Part shown: positions 8,665-19,442 of the stretch, in pieces
Numbering within the stretch: position 1 is the stretch's first letter
How the letters are laid out: each line of letters opens with the position of its first letter
Assembly (NCBI GenBank): GCA_013152545.1
Contig: JAADGF010000099.1
Coordinates: 9,906 to 73,905 of the forward strand
DNA from: Gammaproteobacteria bacterium
GTDB taxonomy: Bacteria; Pseudomonadota; Gammaproteobacteria; SZUA-152
Reading direction: 5' to 3'
DNA: 64,000 nucleotides
Translations under genes and position numbers: made by a program
Notes under the pieces: model-generated
What the model was told of the DNA's origin: nothing
Database searches by the model: none
Seen by the model: only the letters and a program-made list of their open reading frames with translations

Positions 8665-10512
8665 TTACAAAGCGTCAGTCGTAAGCACATTATTCGTTGC
8701 GATAACAGGCTCAATAAATTCCACAACAAACTGCGCACTACGCACACCACGATATTCATTTACATCCAGCCTATAAGCAACCTTAACGCGCTGTACATTT
8801 TGCGGCCAAGCATCGTCTACAGTGTTAAAAGCGATAGCGTCAACCACGGTCTCTGAACCCGTTACCTTCAGCACTAATTTTAAATGCTTTTCAGCAACAA
8901 TACGTTTTTGAATCACATCAAAATATCCATCAAACAGTGGTGCTGGGAAAGCCTGCCCCCAAGGCCCTGCGGCCTGAATTTGCTGCGCCAGCGGCAAACC
9001 AATATCCTCGGATGAGAGTTCGCCATCACTATGGATAACATGACAAAAATCATCTACGCTTAACTGGCGGCTGACCTCACGTTCGAAGGCTTGCTTAAAT
9101 GCATCAAAATCCTTATGGTAGAGACTTAACCCTGCGGCCATAGCATGCCCTCCGAACTTGGAGAGTATGCCTGGATATGAAGTGGCAACGGCGTCCAAGG
9201 CATCGCGAATGTGAAAACCCGGCACCGACCGCGCTGAACCTTTGATGATCTTATTTTGTGTCTGGCTATCGGCACCCGCATCTGCAAAGGCAATAACAGG
9301 TCTGTGAAATTTATCTTTTACTCGGGAAGCCAAAATACCGACGACACCTTGATGCCAGGATGCATCATAGATGCACAAACCGCTGGGCAATGAAGCGTCA
9401 CCATTAAGCGCCATGACATCTAACGCATCCAGTGCCTGAGTTTTCATGGACTGCTCAATTCGCCTTCTTTCGATGTTAAGCGCATTTAACTCTTCGGCTA
9501 TAATATTGGCTTTTTCGTCATTATCAGTGAGTAGACACACGATCCCCATCGACATATCCTCCAGCCGACCAGCGGCATTTAACCGTGGTCCCAACGCAAA
9601 ACCTAAATCTTCGGCCGTCAATTTATTTGCATCTCTGCCAGACACTTGTATTAACGCTTTTATTCCTGGACAACAGGCACCAGCCCGAATTCTTGCCAGG
9701 CCCTGTGCCACTAAAATACGATTATTATGATCCAATGGCACCACATCTGCCACTGTACCCAGCGCCACCAAGTCCAGTAATTGAGCAAGATTAGGTACCG
9801 GAATTTTTTGTGCTTCAAACCAGCCGCTATGCCGCAGTTGCGCCCGTAATGCTAGCATAACGTAAAAAATTGTTCCGACCCCAGCCAACGCCTTACTGGG
9901 AAATTTATCGTCCGGCTGATTCGGGTTAACAATAGCGGCAGCGGCTGGCAACACATCGCCAGCCAGATGGTGATCGGTTATCACCACCTTAATCCCCAAA
10001 TCATTGGCCGAATTAACACCGTCGATACTGGAAATACCGTTATCAACTGTTATGATAAGTTGCGGGTTATATTGTTTTGCCACGTCAACAATTTCCGATG
10101 TTAAACCATAACCAAATTCAAAGCGGTTAGGGACCAAAAAATTTATTTGCTGCGCGCCCATCATTTCCAAAGCACGCAGAGCAACAGCGGTGCTAGTGGC
10201 TCCGTCGGCATCGAAGTCGCCGATAATTAATATTGAATCTTGTTGCTGAATACTTTGTTGTATTATAGCCACTGCGTCATGTATGGCGGAGAGTGACGAA
10301 TAAGGCAATAAATGTTTTAACGATACCTGCAGCTGCTCCACTGATTTTATGCCTCTTGCTCGATATACTCGGTCGAGCACCGGATGCAGATCAGGTTGCA
10401 ACAAATTTTCGTGGTTAATTTTATTACTGCTGTCGTAACTTGTCGTTATTGTTCTTCTTTTTATTTTTATGGTCACGATTTGATAAATACCTATTATAAT
10501 GTTTGCTGTCAA
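8665..10512 (-). CDS. recJ: Single-stranded-DNA-specific exonuclease RecJ
   Basis: DHH/DHHA1 motifs (IIGDFDADGATSTA, ITVDNGI, VITDHHL, GGHAMAAG) with end-to-end similarity to E. coli RecJ. The first in-frame start is TTG at 10512. GTG at 10473 (giving MTIKIKRR...) is an alternative. Confidence 0.9.
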   Translation of the reverse strand: MTANIIIGIYQIVTIKIKRRTITTSYDSSNKINHENLLQPDLHPVLDRVYRARGIKSVEQLQVSLKHLLPYSSLSAIHDAVAIIQQSIQQQDSILIIGDFDADGATSTAVALRALEMMGAQQINFLVPNRFEFGYGLTSEIVDVAKQYNPQLIITVDNGISSIDGVNSANDLGIKVVITDHHLAGDVLPAAAAIVNPNQPDDKFPSKALAGVGTIFYVMLALRAQLRHSGWFEAQKIPVPNLAQLLDLVALGTVADVVPLDHNNRILVAQGLARIRAGACCPGIKALIQVSGRDANKLTAEDLGFALGPRLNAAGRLEDMSMGIVCLLTDNDEKANIIAEELNALNIERRRIEQSMKTQALDALDVMALNGDASLPSGLCIYDASWHQGVVGILASRVKDKFHRPVIAFADAGADSQTQNKIIKGSARSVPGFHIRDALDAVATSYPGILSKFGGHAMAAGLSLYHKDFDAFKQAFEREVSRQLSVDDFCHVIHSDGELSSEDIGLPLAQQIQAAGPWGQAFPAPLFDGYFDVIQKRIVAEKHLKLVLKVTGSETVVDAIAFNTVDDAWPQNVQRVKVAYRLDVNEYRGVRSAQFVVEFIEPVIATNNVLTTDAL

Positions 10513-10594
10513 TTACCCGGTTTCGACGTCGATGGATACCGCCAGTCATTTACCTTTGATTGACAGGGTAAAATTAAAGTAATATGCAATACAA

Positions 10595-10639
10595 TTGTTA
10601 CAGTAGAATTTGTTACAGTAGAATTTGTTACAGTACAAT
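10595..10639. repeat. 3 x 15-bp tandem direct repeat (TTGTTACAGTAGAAT) in the recJ/moaB divergent intergenic region
   Basis: Two perfect copies plus one copy with a single mismatch, with a partial fourth copy upstream. Seen directly in the sequence. Confidence 0.8.
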
Positions 10640-10716
10640 TGACAATGTGTCGTTGGCAAGACGATTACAAGCAAAAACCGACTGTAAATAATAACTGATT
10701 ATGGCTAAAATAACTT

Positions 10717-11238
10717 ATGACTAACGATAACGAATTTAAACCTGTAAGCATCGCGGTACTAACTATTTCCGATACTCGTACCGAAGCAGATGATACGTCA
10801 GGACACCTTCTGGTTGATCGTCTCACTAACGCTGGCCACGCTCTGGCGGAAAAATGCATTGTACCAGATAATATCTACAAAATTCGCGCGTGCGTATCTC
10901 AATGGATTGTGAGTAAGAACATCGACGCTATTATTACAACAGGTGGAACAGGTGTTACTGGACGTGACAGCACACCCGAAGCGATACAACCGTTACTCGA
11001 CAAATTAATCGAAGGTTTCGGTGAAATGTTTCGCATGTTGTCACATCAAAGCATCGGCACGTCGGCATTGCAGTCCCGTGCTATCGCAGGTGTAGCGAAT
11101 GCCACCTATGTATTTTGCCTGCCAGGCTCATCAAGCGCATGTCAAACCGGCTGGGATCATATCATTCAGGCACAATTGGATTCTACGACGAAACCCTGCA
11201 ATTTGATCATGTTAATGCCCCGCCTGAGGGAGTCTTGA
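10717..11238 (+). CDS. moaB: Molybdenum cofactor biosynthesis protein B (MoaB)
   Basis: ISIAVLTISDTRTEADDTSGH, ITTGGTG and GFGEMFRMLS...GTSALQSRAIAGV closely parallel E. coli MoaB. Confidence 0.85.
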   Translation: MTNDNEFKPVSIAVLTISDTRTEADDTSGHLLVDRLTNAGHALAEKCIVPDNIYKIRACVSQWIVSKNIDAIITTGGTGVTGRDSTPEAIQPLLDKLIEGFGEMFRMLSHQSIGTSALQSRAIAGVANATYVFCLPGSSSACQTGWDHIIQAQLDSTTKPCNLIMLMPRLRES

Positions 11239-11882
11239 ATTTGCAAACAAGCCGTGACACTCGCCTACCGGGAGTAATACTCGCTGCACTTAAGCGACAT
11301 AACAACAACGGTACAGTAATCATCATCACTAAAACATCTCTCGAAAATTAACAATTACATTAAGCTGCTTGATTTATTGTGCATTCTGTAGCCTCACGTT
11401 TCATTTGACCCAGCGCTTCAAACTGTGTCACGATAAAAGCCAGCCAATACTACAAGCTCTAATGGCGCTTGCATCTTAACATCAAAAACCCCCCAAGCAC
11501 AGGGAACACTCGCGTTGGTTTATTTGATATAATGCCAGGAAAGCATGTGCAAGCTCAGGTACAATAAGTAAGTTCGATGGCTGTTGAAATTAAAATTCTT
11601 AGCATTGGTCGCTTGCAAATACATTAATCTTAGTTTATAAACGCCCCATTAGTGAATTTAGTAACAGGTGGTTTCTCGATTAACCCGAGTCTATAATAAT
11701 TCTAATGCACCAGAATGGAAATAATAGTAATGTGTTCACAATTTAAACCAGTGAAAACTGAATTTCGTGCTAGAAATTAACATAAACGCTAGACATTTTT
11801 TTCTAAATAATAAATTTATTTTCCCCACTCCTTTCCCTTATTGGTTGAGAATTACTCAACAATACAAACCTCGGATTCATTC

Positions 11883-12218
11883 ATGTCATTAGGCGCCACG
11901 GTATGCACGTTGCGCAAAGCCCGCGGGTTAACACTAAGCGACATAGAGCAACTAACACGAATAAACAAAGGCGCCCTTTCTCGGTTTGAACGGGATTTGG
12001 AAGGGCTGGGTTCTGAAAATTTCGACCGACTTTGCATCCTGTTTGGCACAACACCAGCGGTACTGTATGCTGTCGCCAAATTCGTCAGCAAACACCCCGA
12101 AATAATTGAGGATGGCACAAAATTACATAAGCTGGTAAGAAGCCTTACTCGTTTGATCGACCGCTATTTGTCTGCCTCTGACCAAACACGGCTTCTTATC
12201 AATAAATTGCTTGACTAA
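11883..12218 (+). CDS. XRE-family helix-turn-helix transcriptional regulator
   Basis: HTH LRKARGLTLSDIEQLTRINKGALSRFE. The ATG at 11883 is preferred over the TTG at 11841 used by the track. Confidence 0.6.
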   Translation: MSLGATVCTLRKARGLTLSDIEQLTRINKGALSRFERDLEGLGSENFDRLCILFGTTPAVLYAVAKFVSKHPEIIEDGTKLHKLVRSLTRLIDRYLSASDQTRLLINKLLD

Positions 12219-12351
12219 CAAACTATGGGCAATATTCATCTTTACATAGAAATTAACGCTACAGATATTGCCGACATAGCTAATAATTTTCGCACCCATC
12301 ATCGCACCCAAAACACCCTAAGACTACGACTACACCAAAGGAGAACACGCA

Positions 12352-13188
12352 GTGGACTTTGAAGAGCTCGTATCTCACCCGGAATTACCGTCAATTCCGG
12401 AAGCCATATTAAAACTCAATGAATTAATTAATAATAACCGACCGATAGAAGAGCTAGCTATTGTCATTCACAATGAACCAAGTTTAACGGCACGCACACT
12501 GGAGCTAGCTAATAGCGCCTGGTATAAACGCCAACGCGAGATTACTACGGTACACGACGCGATTGCGATCATTGGCATAGTGGCACTACATCAACTTATT
12601 TTTGCTTCCTCGGTTATTCGCACCTTTGCCGGCCTTAATAGTGAGTTAGTTGATATGAATAAACATTGGCACCAGTCAGTGCGAACCGCCACGGCTGCAC
12701 AAACGCTTGCACACCAGACCAAAATCAATGACCCAATTGAACTGTTTACGGCCGGATTACTGGTCTATATTGGCCAGCTTGTTCTATACATTGCAACGCC
12801 CGAAAAAACCAGGCAAATACTGACTCTAGCCCAGACCAGGCAACAACCTCAATTTAAAATAGAAAATGAACTCCTGGGATACAATCATAGCCAGGTAACT
12901 ACTGCGCTACTTAAACGCTGGAACGTACCTGCAAACATTTTTTCCGCAATCAGCACGTACACAGACCCGGAGAATGCAGAAGAGAAATACCGTAGTCGTG
13001 CCTGTATACTCAATGTAGCGCACTATATGCAACACGTTCATAACATGGACTTTAACACGACAGATCCAACGGAAAAAGTAAGTGATTTTGCTTTAAAAAA
13101 ACTTCAAATTAACATAATGGATCTTGATAATTACTCGCCAACAGCCGCTTCATTGTACAATGAAGCGGTAACGATGCTGGGGTTGTAA
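12352..13188 (+). CDS. HDOD domain-containing signalling protein (stand-alone)
   Basis: LPSIPEAILKLNELINNN...LAIVIHNEPSLTARTLELANSAWY matches the HDOD N-terminal signature. GTG start with AAGGAG RBS 8 nt upstream. Confidence 0.75.
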   Translation: MDFEELVSHPELPSIPEAILKLNELINNNRPIEELAIVIHNEPSLTARTLELANSAWYKRQREITTVHDAIAIIGIVALHQLIFASSVIRTFAGLNSELVDMNKHWHQSVRTATAAQTLAHQTKINDPIELFTAGLLVYIGQLVLYIATPEKTRQILTLAQTRQQPQFKIENELLGYNHSQVTTALLKRWNVPANIFSAISTYTDPENAEEKYRSRACILNVAHYMQHVHNMDFNTTDPTEKVSDFALKKLQINIMDLDNYSPTAASLYNEAVTMLGL

Positions 13189-13387
13189 ATTCAAGCGATG
13201 AGAAATTCACAATATTTAATGAGATATTAGCATTGCCGTAATCGGTGTTAAAAAAGCCCCCCGACAAACCCTGCACGGGTACGTTCTGGCCTTGTAAAAT
13301 GCTACCGGATAGATAAATGTATGTTTCAAAAATGACGCTGAGTTATTTGCGTAAAAACAAGCATTACTTATAACAGCAGATGGCAGT

Positions 13388-16246
13388 TTAGTCGCCTTCT
13401 TTGTCACCACTGACTGTCTTTTCCGAGTATTTACGCTCTTCCTTTTCATGCTCATCCGCCTTTTTATCTCGTTTTTTTCGATTTCTTTTCTGCAAGTCAG
13501 GAATACCTCGACGATGATAAATCAGTACGACGTTACTGGATCGAGCTTTTTTCGTGAAATAATCAGCCTCATCATCCTTCTTCTTATCGCTATAACGATT
13601 CACTTTGCGCATCATAATTGATTCTGTTGCCAAGCGCTCACCAACAGAAAACCGCACACTCGTACCGTTGGAGTAACTGATTCCCCCCAGCATTACTTTG
13701 TGCCTAAAATATTTAAATGTACCATTGGCTAAGTCGAGTAGCGCAAATTCATGTTTCTGGGTGTATCGGTACACACCTTTTTTCGTTTTTCCTGATTTTT
13801 TAAAACTACTGAAGGGTGTCTCTAAAAGTACAATATCATCCACTACAAAGCGAATATAATCATCCTGCGCAGGCACTCCATCGGCTTCAAACATAGCCTT
13901 AAATAATAATTTATCTTTATCGTCATGTTTATTGTTTAATACCACAACTGCTTTTTGGGTTATAAATTGCAATGTCGGATTCACCACAATGGTTATTTCC
14001 GCTTGTGTTCGAAACGCTGTATCGATAACGGTAACAAGGGCTTTATAAACACCCGGTTTAGTGTACACATGAAACGGACTCGATTGATTTGAGCTTACCC
14101 CATCCCCAAAGTCCCAAATGACATCTAGCGCATCATTGTCGGGATCAACAGCATTTGCAATAAAACTAACCGTTAAAGGCGCAACTCCACTCACGGGGGT
14201 TGCTGTAGGATTCACAATTGGTGGATTATTACTGGCAAGCGCCCTGATCGTCACGGATGCTTTATCGACATTACCCGACGGATCGGTAACGGTTAAAACA
14301 ACGATATACTCACCTGGCTGTTCATAGGTATATTCGGTTAGTGATGTACTACTGGTATCTTGCTCACTCTCCGGGTCGCCAAAATTCCAATGTACCGTTA
14401 AGCCACCCCCTTCAGGGTCAATGCTTCCGGATGCATCAAAATTTACCCGAAGGGGGGTGTTACCTGAAACCACTTGAACACCAATAGCGGCAATAGGGTC
14501 TAAATTTTCAACAACATTAATTAAAACTGCATCCGCAATACTCTCATGTTCCGCATCGCTAACCACCAATGAGACTAAATAGGCACCCGGCAAATCGGGT
14601 ACAAAGCGAGGGGTAGCCATATCACCACCATCCAATACAACACCGCTCCCGGTCGGCGTACTTTCGAATTGCCATTGATATTGAAGTCCGCCTGCCACCC
14701 CATCATTGGCATCCGGGTCAAAGGAATTAGCACCATCCAGTTGCACGGTTTCACCTAAAATAACAGATTGATCAGTACCAGCATCCGCAATGGGTGCTAC
14801 ATTGGCTGTCACCAGCACATGGAGAAAAATATCCCAGAACCCATTGGTATCAGCAGATGTCAAATTGGCAGCGGCGGAACCGAACACAACGTAATGCCCA
14901 TTGGCACTGATGCTCGGTTCAAAACTACTGGCATTCCCCGCTACACCATTATTATTACTCACACTCATTATTTTTGTCTGCTTGTCTGTCCTATCGTGCA
15001 CGAACACATCCCAGGCTGCATTAACGTCATTGGCAACCAAGTTACTCGCTGCCGAATAAAACACCACATAGCGACCATCGAAGGTAATCGCGGAAACCGT
15101 AAAGGTGGAGGCATTTGCTTCGCCACCCAGGCTGCTAACACTCATACGTTCGGTGTGATTGTTTAATAAATTGTACGAAAAAATATCACGCACCGTATTT
15201 GTATCGTCTAACACTAAGTTAGTCGCTTCAGATTGAAATATTGCAACCACGCCATTTCCGCTAATGTCTGGCGAGCCACTGCCTGCGTTGGCTTCCACTC
15301 CCGCACTGGAGACACTGAGCCGACGAGTGGTGTTTTCTTGAAGATCTCGCACAAAAATATCCCTGACGCCATTACTGTCGTTGGCAACCAAGTTGTCAGC
15401 ATCAGAGGAAAATATAACAAAGCGACCATTGTCACTAACAGCAGGTTTATAACTACCGCCATTTGCCTCTTCGTTCAAGTTGCCGACACTAACCCGTTGA
15501 GTTGTATGAGTGACACGGTCATGCAGAAACACGTCCACTGCCTGATTATTATCCCCTGCTACCAACGACATGGCCGTTGATTCAAACACCACGAAGCGAC
15601 CATTACCACTCACATCCGGTAAACGATTATCGCCAACGACTCCCAAACCAGCCGAATCAATGCTAATACGTTGCAGGCTGCTATCAACTGCATTATAGAC
15701 AAATATATCGGAACTGCCGTTTAAGTCATTTTCAACCAGATTAGTTGCCGTAGACGTAAAAACAATGATGCGACCATCATCACTAATGGCCGGTTCCAGG
15801 CTGGCATCATCCGCATCATTTCCATCCACAGACAGACTAAGACGCTGGGTGATACGCGTTTCGCGATCCCGTAAAAAAATATCCCAGGCACTGTTATTGT
15901 CGTTGTCAGTTAACGTTGAAGCAATCGACTCAAATACCACATAACGGCCAGTAACACTGATTGCTGCGCTAATGCTATTTCCATCACCGAACACGCCATC
16001 ACTGCTCACACTTATTTTTTCAGTGGTACCGGCCACATCCAGCAATCTAGGCTTAATATATGAATCAGGAACTTCCGTCGGTTTATCGGTATTTTCGCCA
16101 CCGGGCGCATCAACATCAACACCGTTGCCATCCGGCACGCTGCTATTCTCTGCGATCTCCGTTGGAAATGAATTTTCACAGCCGATCAATACCAATAACA
16201 TGACACATAAAACCAACGCGATAAAACGGCTTCCAGGATAACGCAT
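13388..16246 (-). CDS. Large surface lipoprotein with about 8 PD40/TolB-like beta-propeller repeats, 2-3 PKD domains and an uncharacterised, highly basic C-terminal domain
   Basis: Signal peptide plus lipobox LIGC. Repeats of the form SxDGRfVvFxSxAxNLVxxDxNxxxDIFl; PKD-like PIADAGxDQSV...LDGSxSxDPD segments; C-terminal tail RKKRDKKADEHEKEERKYSEK. Confidence 0.7.
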   Translation of the reverse strand: MRYPGSRFIALVLCVMLLVLIGCENSFPTEIAENSSVPDGNGVDVDAPGGENTDKPTEVPDSYIKPRLLDVAGTTEKISVSSDGVFGDGNSISAAISVTGRYVVFESIASTLTDNDNNSAWDIFLRDRETRITQRLSLSVDGNDADDASLEPAISDDGRIIVFTSTATNLVENDLNGSSDIFVYNAVDSSLQRISIDSAGLGVVGDNRLPDVSGNGRFVVFESTAMSLVAGDNNQAVDVFLHDRVTHTTQRVSVGNLNEEANGGSYKPAVSDNGRFVIFSSDADNLVANDSNGVRDIFVRDLQENTTRRLSVSSAGVEANAGSGSPDISGNGVVAIFQSEATNLVLDDTNTVRDIFSYNLLNNHTERMSVSSLGGEANASTFTVSAITFDGRYVVFYSAASNLVANDVNAAWDVFVHDRTDKQTKIMSVSNNNGVAGNASSFEPSISANGHYVVFGSAAANLTSADTNGFWDIFLHVLVTANVAPIADAGTDQSVILGETVQLDGANSFDPDANDGVAGGLQYQWQFESTPTGSGVVLDGGDMATPRFVPDLPGAYLVSLVVSDAEHESIADAVLINVVENLDPIAAIGVQVVSGNTPLRVNFDASGSIDPEGGGLTVHWNFGDPESEQDTSSTSLTEYTYEQPGEYIVVLTVTDPSGNVDKASVTIRALASNNPPIVNPTATPVSGVAPLTVSFIANAVDPDNDALDVIWDFGDGVSSNQSSPFHVYTKPGVYKALVTVIDTAFRTQAEITIVVNPTLQFITQKAVVVLNNKHDDKDKLLFKAMFEADGVPAQDDYIRFVVDDIVLLETPFSSFKKSGKTKKGVYRYTQKHEFALLDLANGTFKYFRHKVMLGGISYSNGTSVRFSVGERLATESIMMRKVNRYSDKKKDDEADYFTKKARSSNVVLIYHRRGIPDLQKRNRKKRDKKADEHEKEERKYSEKTVSGDKEGD

Positions 16247-16340
16247 AGAGGCTCTCTTATAGTTTGTTACTTTTAACTTGCTTAATGCCGTAATTTATAC
16301 ACCTTCAGAAATTAAGGGTTTCGTCGTTTTTACAGACTCG

Positions 16341-16368
16341 ATTTAACGGCATTATTTAACGGCATTAA
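16341..16368. repeat. 2 x 13-bp tandem repeat (ATTTAACGGCATT) in a divergent promoter region
   Basis: Seen directly in the sequence. Confidence 0.6.
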
Positions 16369-16774
16369 TATTTTTGACAGTAATCAAACAAACCGGACAC
16401 GCACTTCGCTTCAAGCCTAGCGACGTTGGGTATATCATCGGGAGAAGTTACAAACAAGGCTGCTATTCATCAACAACCCTTCAATTAATTCCATCAACGT
16501 TAATCAGAAAGAAACACCACCAACAGAACCGAATCGTTAGTCAGCGTAACTGATTCTTGTAGGAGATACCAGCACCAAACGACCAAAGAAACGGCGCAGC
16601 ATCCCAGATAATATTTGCTCAATCGTTAATGTCATGATTTATTATATAATAAACTAACAATTATAGTAGCTGATGAATTAAACCTTTAGGCAAACTGGAC
16701 GTCAAACAGCTGTACACCAAATTTCGTTTAGTACACCTCCTAAAAATATTTACATAATTTATTAATCGCCAGTG

Positions 16775-17689
16775 ATGCGCAAGACCCAATTAGCACTCCT
16801 TATTCTATTCAGTGTTTTACTGAATGCGTGTTCTAGCAAGTTGATTTATAATTACCTTGACTGGATTATTGAATGGCATATCGCTGACTACATAACACTC
16901 GATGAGGATCAGGAAACACTATTAAGCGACGTATTGGAAAAAGGATTAAGCTGGCATAAATCATCACAATTACCATTGTATGTCCTGTCATTAGAGCAAC
17001 TTAAAAAAGATGTCGAATCCCAACAACTGGCGCGACAGGAATTAGTCAATTATGTCCGTACTTATAGCCGTTTTTGGGACAATATCCGAGCGTACGCTAC
17101 GCCTGAAATTATACACTTTTTAAATACCTTAACACTCGAACAAATAGACGAGCTAGCAGCAAACCTGGAACAGCAAAACAGCAAACTTGAACAAAAATAT
17201 GTCCACAAATCCGTCGACACTTTAAATGCAGAACGCAGTGAACACATGATTGAGCAACTGGAACGCTGGATTGACGACTTAAGCCCTGAACAACAACGCA
17301 CTGTAAAGCAATGGAGCCAAAAACTGAAACCGATTTCAAAACAATGGATTGTCAATCGACGAATCTGGCAACAAAAAGTTGCAGCACAATTGTATGTGAC
17401 AAAAGGCATTAATAACAAAGGAATCAACGAAACCTCCATCACCAAGCGGGGGGACGACCCTCTTCGGAAGAAGCAAATGAAGAAACTAACGGATAAACAA
17501 TTAACCGAGTTAATCATCAATAATCGTCAATTCTGGACCCTGGAGTATAGCAACCGCTTTAATCATAATCTCAACGCAACCCTGGATTTATTGTTATCCC
17601 TGGAAAAACAACTTACTCGGCAACAACGTGATTACTTCCTAAGTAAGTTAAGCACGCTAAGCAATCAATTCCGCGATACTCAACAATAA
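16775..17689 (+). CDS. Putative lipoprotein (DUF6279-like), hypothetical
   Basis: Signal peptide ending LLNAC-SS. The N-terminus KLIYNYLDWIIEWHIADYITLDEDQ resembles DUF6279 lipoproteins, but the family assignment is from memory only. Confidence 0.45.
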   Translation: MRKTQLALLILFSVLLNACSSKLIYNYLDWIIEWHIADYITLDEDQETLLSDVLEKGLSWHKSSQLPLYVLSLEQLKKDVESQQLARQELVNYVRTYSRFWDNIRAYATPEIIHFLNTLTLEQIDELAANLEQQNSKLEQKYVHKSVDTLNAERSEHMIEQLERWIDDLSPEQQRTVKQWSQKLKPISKQWIVNRRIWQQKVAAQLYVTKGINNKGINETSITKRGDDPLRKKQMKKLTDKQLTELIINNRQFWTLEYSNRFNHNLNATLDLLLSLEKQLTRQQRDYFLSKLSTLSNQFRDTQQ

Positions 17690-18015
17690 AACAATGGCTA
17701 ATAAAGCAGTGACCAGTAAACGTATAAAGCCGACCTAACGTTTAAATGTATCGTCACTGCGCAGAATAAGAATACGTTGTACCCGTTCAACAATAAAAAA
17801 CAAAATACTCAATTTTTCCTTGTTCTCGCACAAATCAAAGGCAATCTGAGCAGTTACTGTACATTAAAAACCAGGCGGAATAGTTACAAAATAATTAACA
17901 ACAAACACTTTGGCGCAATTATTGGATAAATAAAAAGCGATTTAAGGCGTTACATTATCGAAAAACCATTTTGGTGTCGCTATAATAGTCATTTAAAGTA
18001 ATGTGAGACTCTACA

Positions 18016-18318
18016 ATGAGAAACGACTATCGTATTTGTGCCCGATCAGTACTCGGCATCATACTTTTCGCTAGCTGCTTTGCGAGTATTGCTGATACCT
18101 TGGTAATTCCTAATATATCCACTCAACCGATAAATGCTCCGACTGGCGTGTTACGACCCGTACGTTCAATGACAATGGAACAAGTGAAAATGAAGTTTGG
18201 ACAACCTCGAAACATCATTTCAGCAATAGGAAATCCGCCTATCACTCGCTGGGTTTATGATGAATTTGTAGTCCATTTTGAACATACTTATGTGATTCAT
18301 TCTGTTGTCACGAAATAA
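18016..18318 (+). CDS. Small secreted hypothetical protein
   Basis: Signal peptide SVLGIILFASCFASIA. No recognised domain. Confidence 0.4.
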   Translation: MRNDYRICARSVLGIILFASCFASIADTLVIPNISTQPINAPTGVLRPVRSMTMEQVKMKFGQPRNIISAIGNPPITRWVYDEFVVHFEHTYVIHSVVTK

Positions 18319-18734
18319 CACCGCTTACATTCCCACACACCAACCATGCACCATTAGTCATGCACCATTGGTATTTGATATTTATTTTATTGTTTTTCAA
18401 TAGGTTGCAATATCACCAACGCAGAACAACCGAAAATAATAGCAAGCCCATACAGCCCTAAATATTGTTAACGTATCTTTCCTACCCCAGTAGCCATTAG
18501 GGCCGCAAATCAGCACTAGACACACATGCACAACCATATGAATTTATTAAAAAAATCACAAATATCGATACACTATCCCTACAAAAGACGAAGAATTGAA
18601 GCCAATGTTGATTATTGTAAATGCCGCTTGTGGTACTTGCGGGACAATGACACAATATCAAGTCGCCCGCTTACCAACCAACACTTACTATTTTAAACAT
18701 AAATACTTATCTATATAGCCATTGGATGTACTGA

Positions 18735-19265
18735 ATGAAATTTTGCAGCAACTGTGGAGCCAACGTGCAACTTCGCATTCCTGACGGCGACAACCTGCCC
18801 CGTTATATATGTGACAACTGCAGTATCATACACTATCAAAATCCCAAAATTGTTACCGGTTGCATCCCGGAGTGGAAAAATAAAATACTGCTTTGTAAAA
18901 GAGCAATTGAACCTAAGTACGGTTTATGGACCTTGCCAGCAGGATTTATGGAAAACAACGAAACCACTTCCGAGGCAGCCTTACGCGAAACGCAGGAGGA
19001 AGCCAATGCTAATGTGGAAATACTGGGTCCATATGCTTTATTTAGTCTTCCTTATATTAGCCAAGTCTATCTCATCTTCAGAGCAAGGATGTTAAACGGC
19101 CAATTTGAACCGGGCATTGAAAGCCTGGAAGTGGCTTTGTATAAAGAAGAAGAGATACCTTGGAAGGAACTCGCATTCCCTGTTATAGAGGAAACACTAC
19201 GCCGCTATTTTAAAGATAAACATCAAGGTATATTTGGTATGCACGTCGGCGATATTCCGGTATAA
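18735..19265 (+). CDS. NUDIX hydrolase with N-terminal zinc-ribbon
   Basis: CSNCG...CDNC zinc ribbon. Nudix box GFMENNETTSEAALRETQEEANA. Confidence 0.75.
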   Translation: MKFCSNCGANVQLRIPDGDNLPRYICDNCSIIHYQNPKIVTGCIPEWKNKILLCKRAIEPKYGLWTLPAGFMENNETTSEAALRETQEEANANVEILGPYALFSLPYISQVYLIFRARMLNGQFEPGIESLEVALYKEEEIPWKELAFPVIEETLRRYFKDKHQGIFGMHVGDIPV

Positions 19266-19442
19266 ACAATAAAGATGGTTACCTCAACTTATATCCTCAA
19301 TAATGTTATTGCCTCAGCAGTATAGACTAAAATATTTGCCTATTTTATGCGTTAATATACTCCTCCTCTCCATAGCAATGATAAAACCATCATGCCCACA
19401 AAAAAATATACCCCATTTAACGTTAAGGAACGTGCATGCTCC

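Noticed and set aside
10483-10512. Apparent TTGACA…TATAAT promoter-like hexamers at the recJ start
   Set aside because: The spacer between the hexamers is only 8 nt (17 +/- 1 is needed), and the TTG is the first in-frame start codon of recJ.
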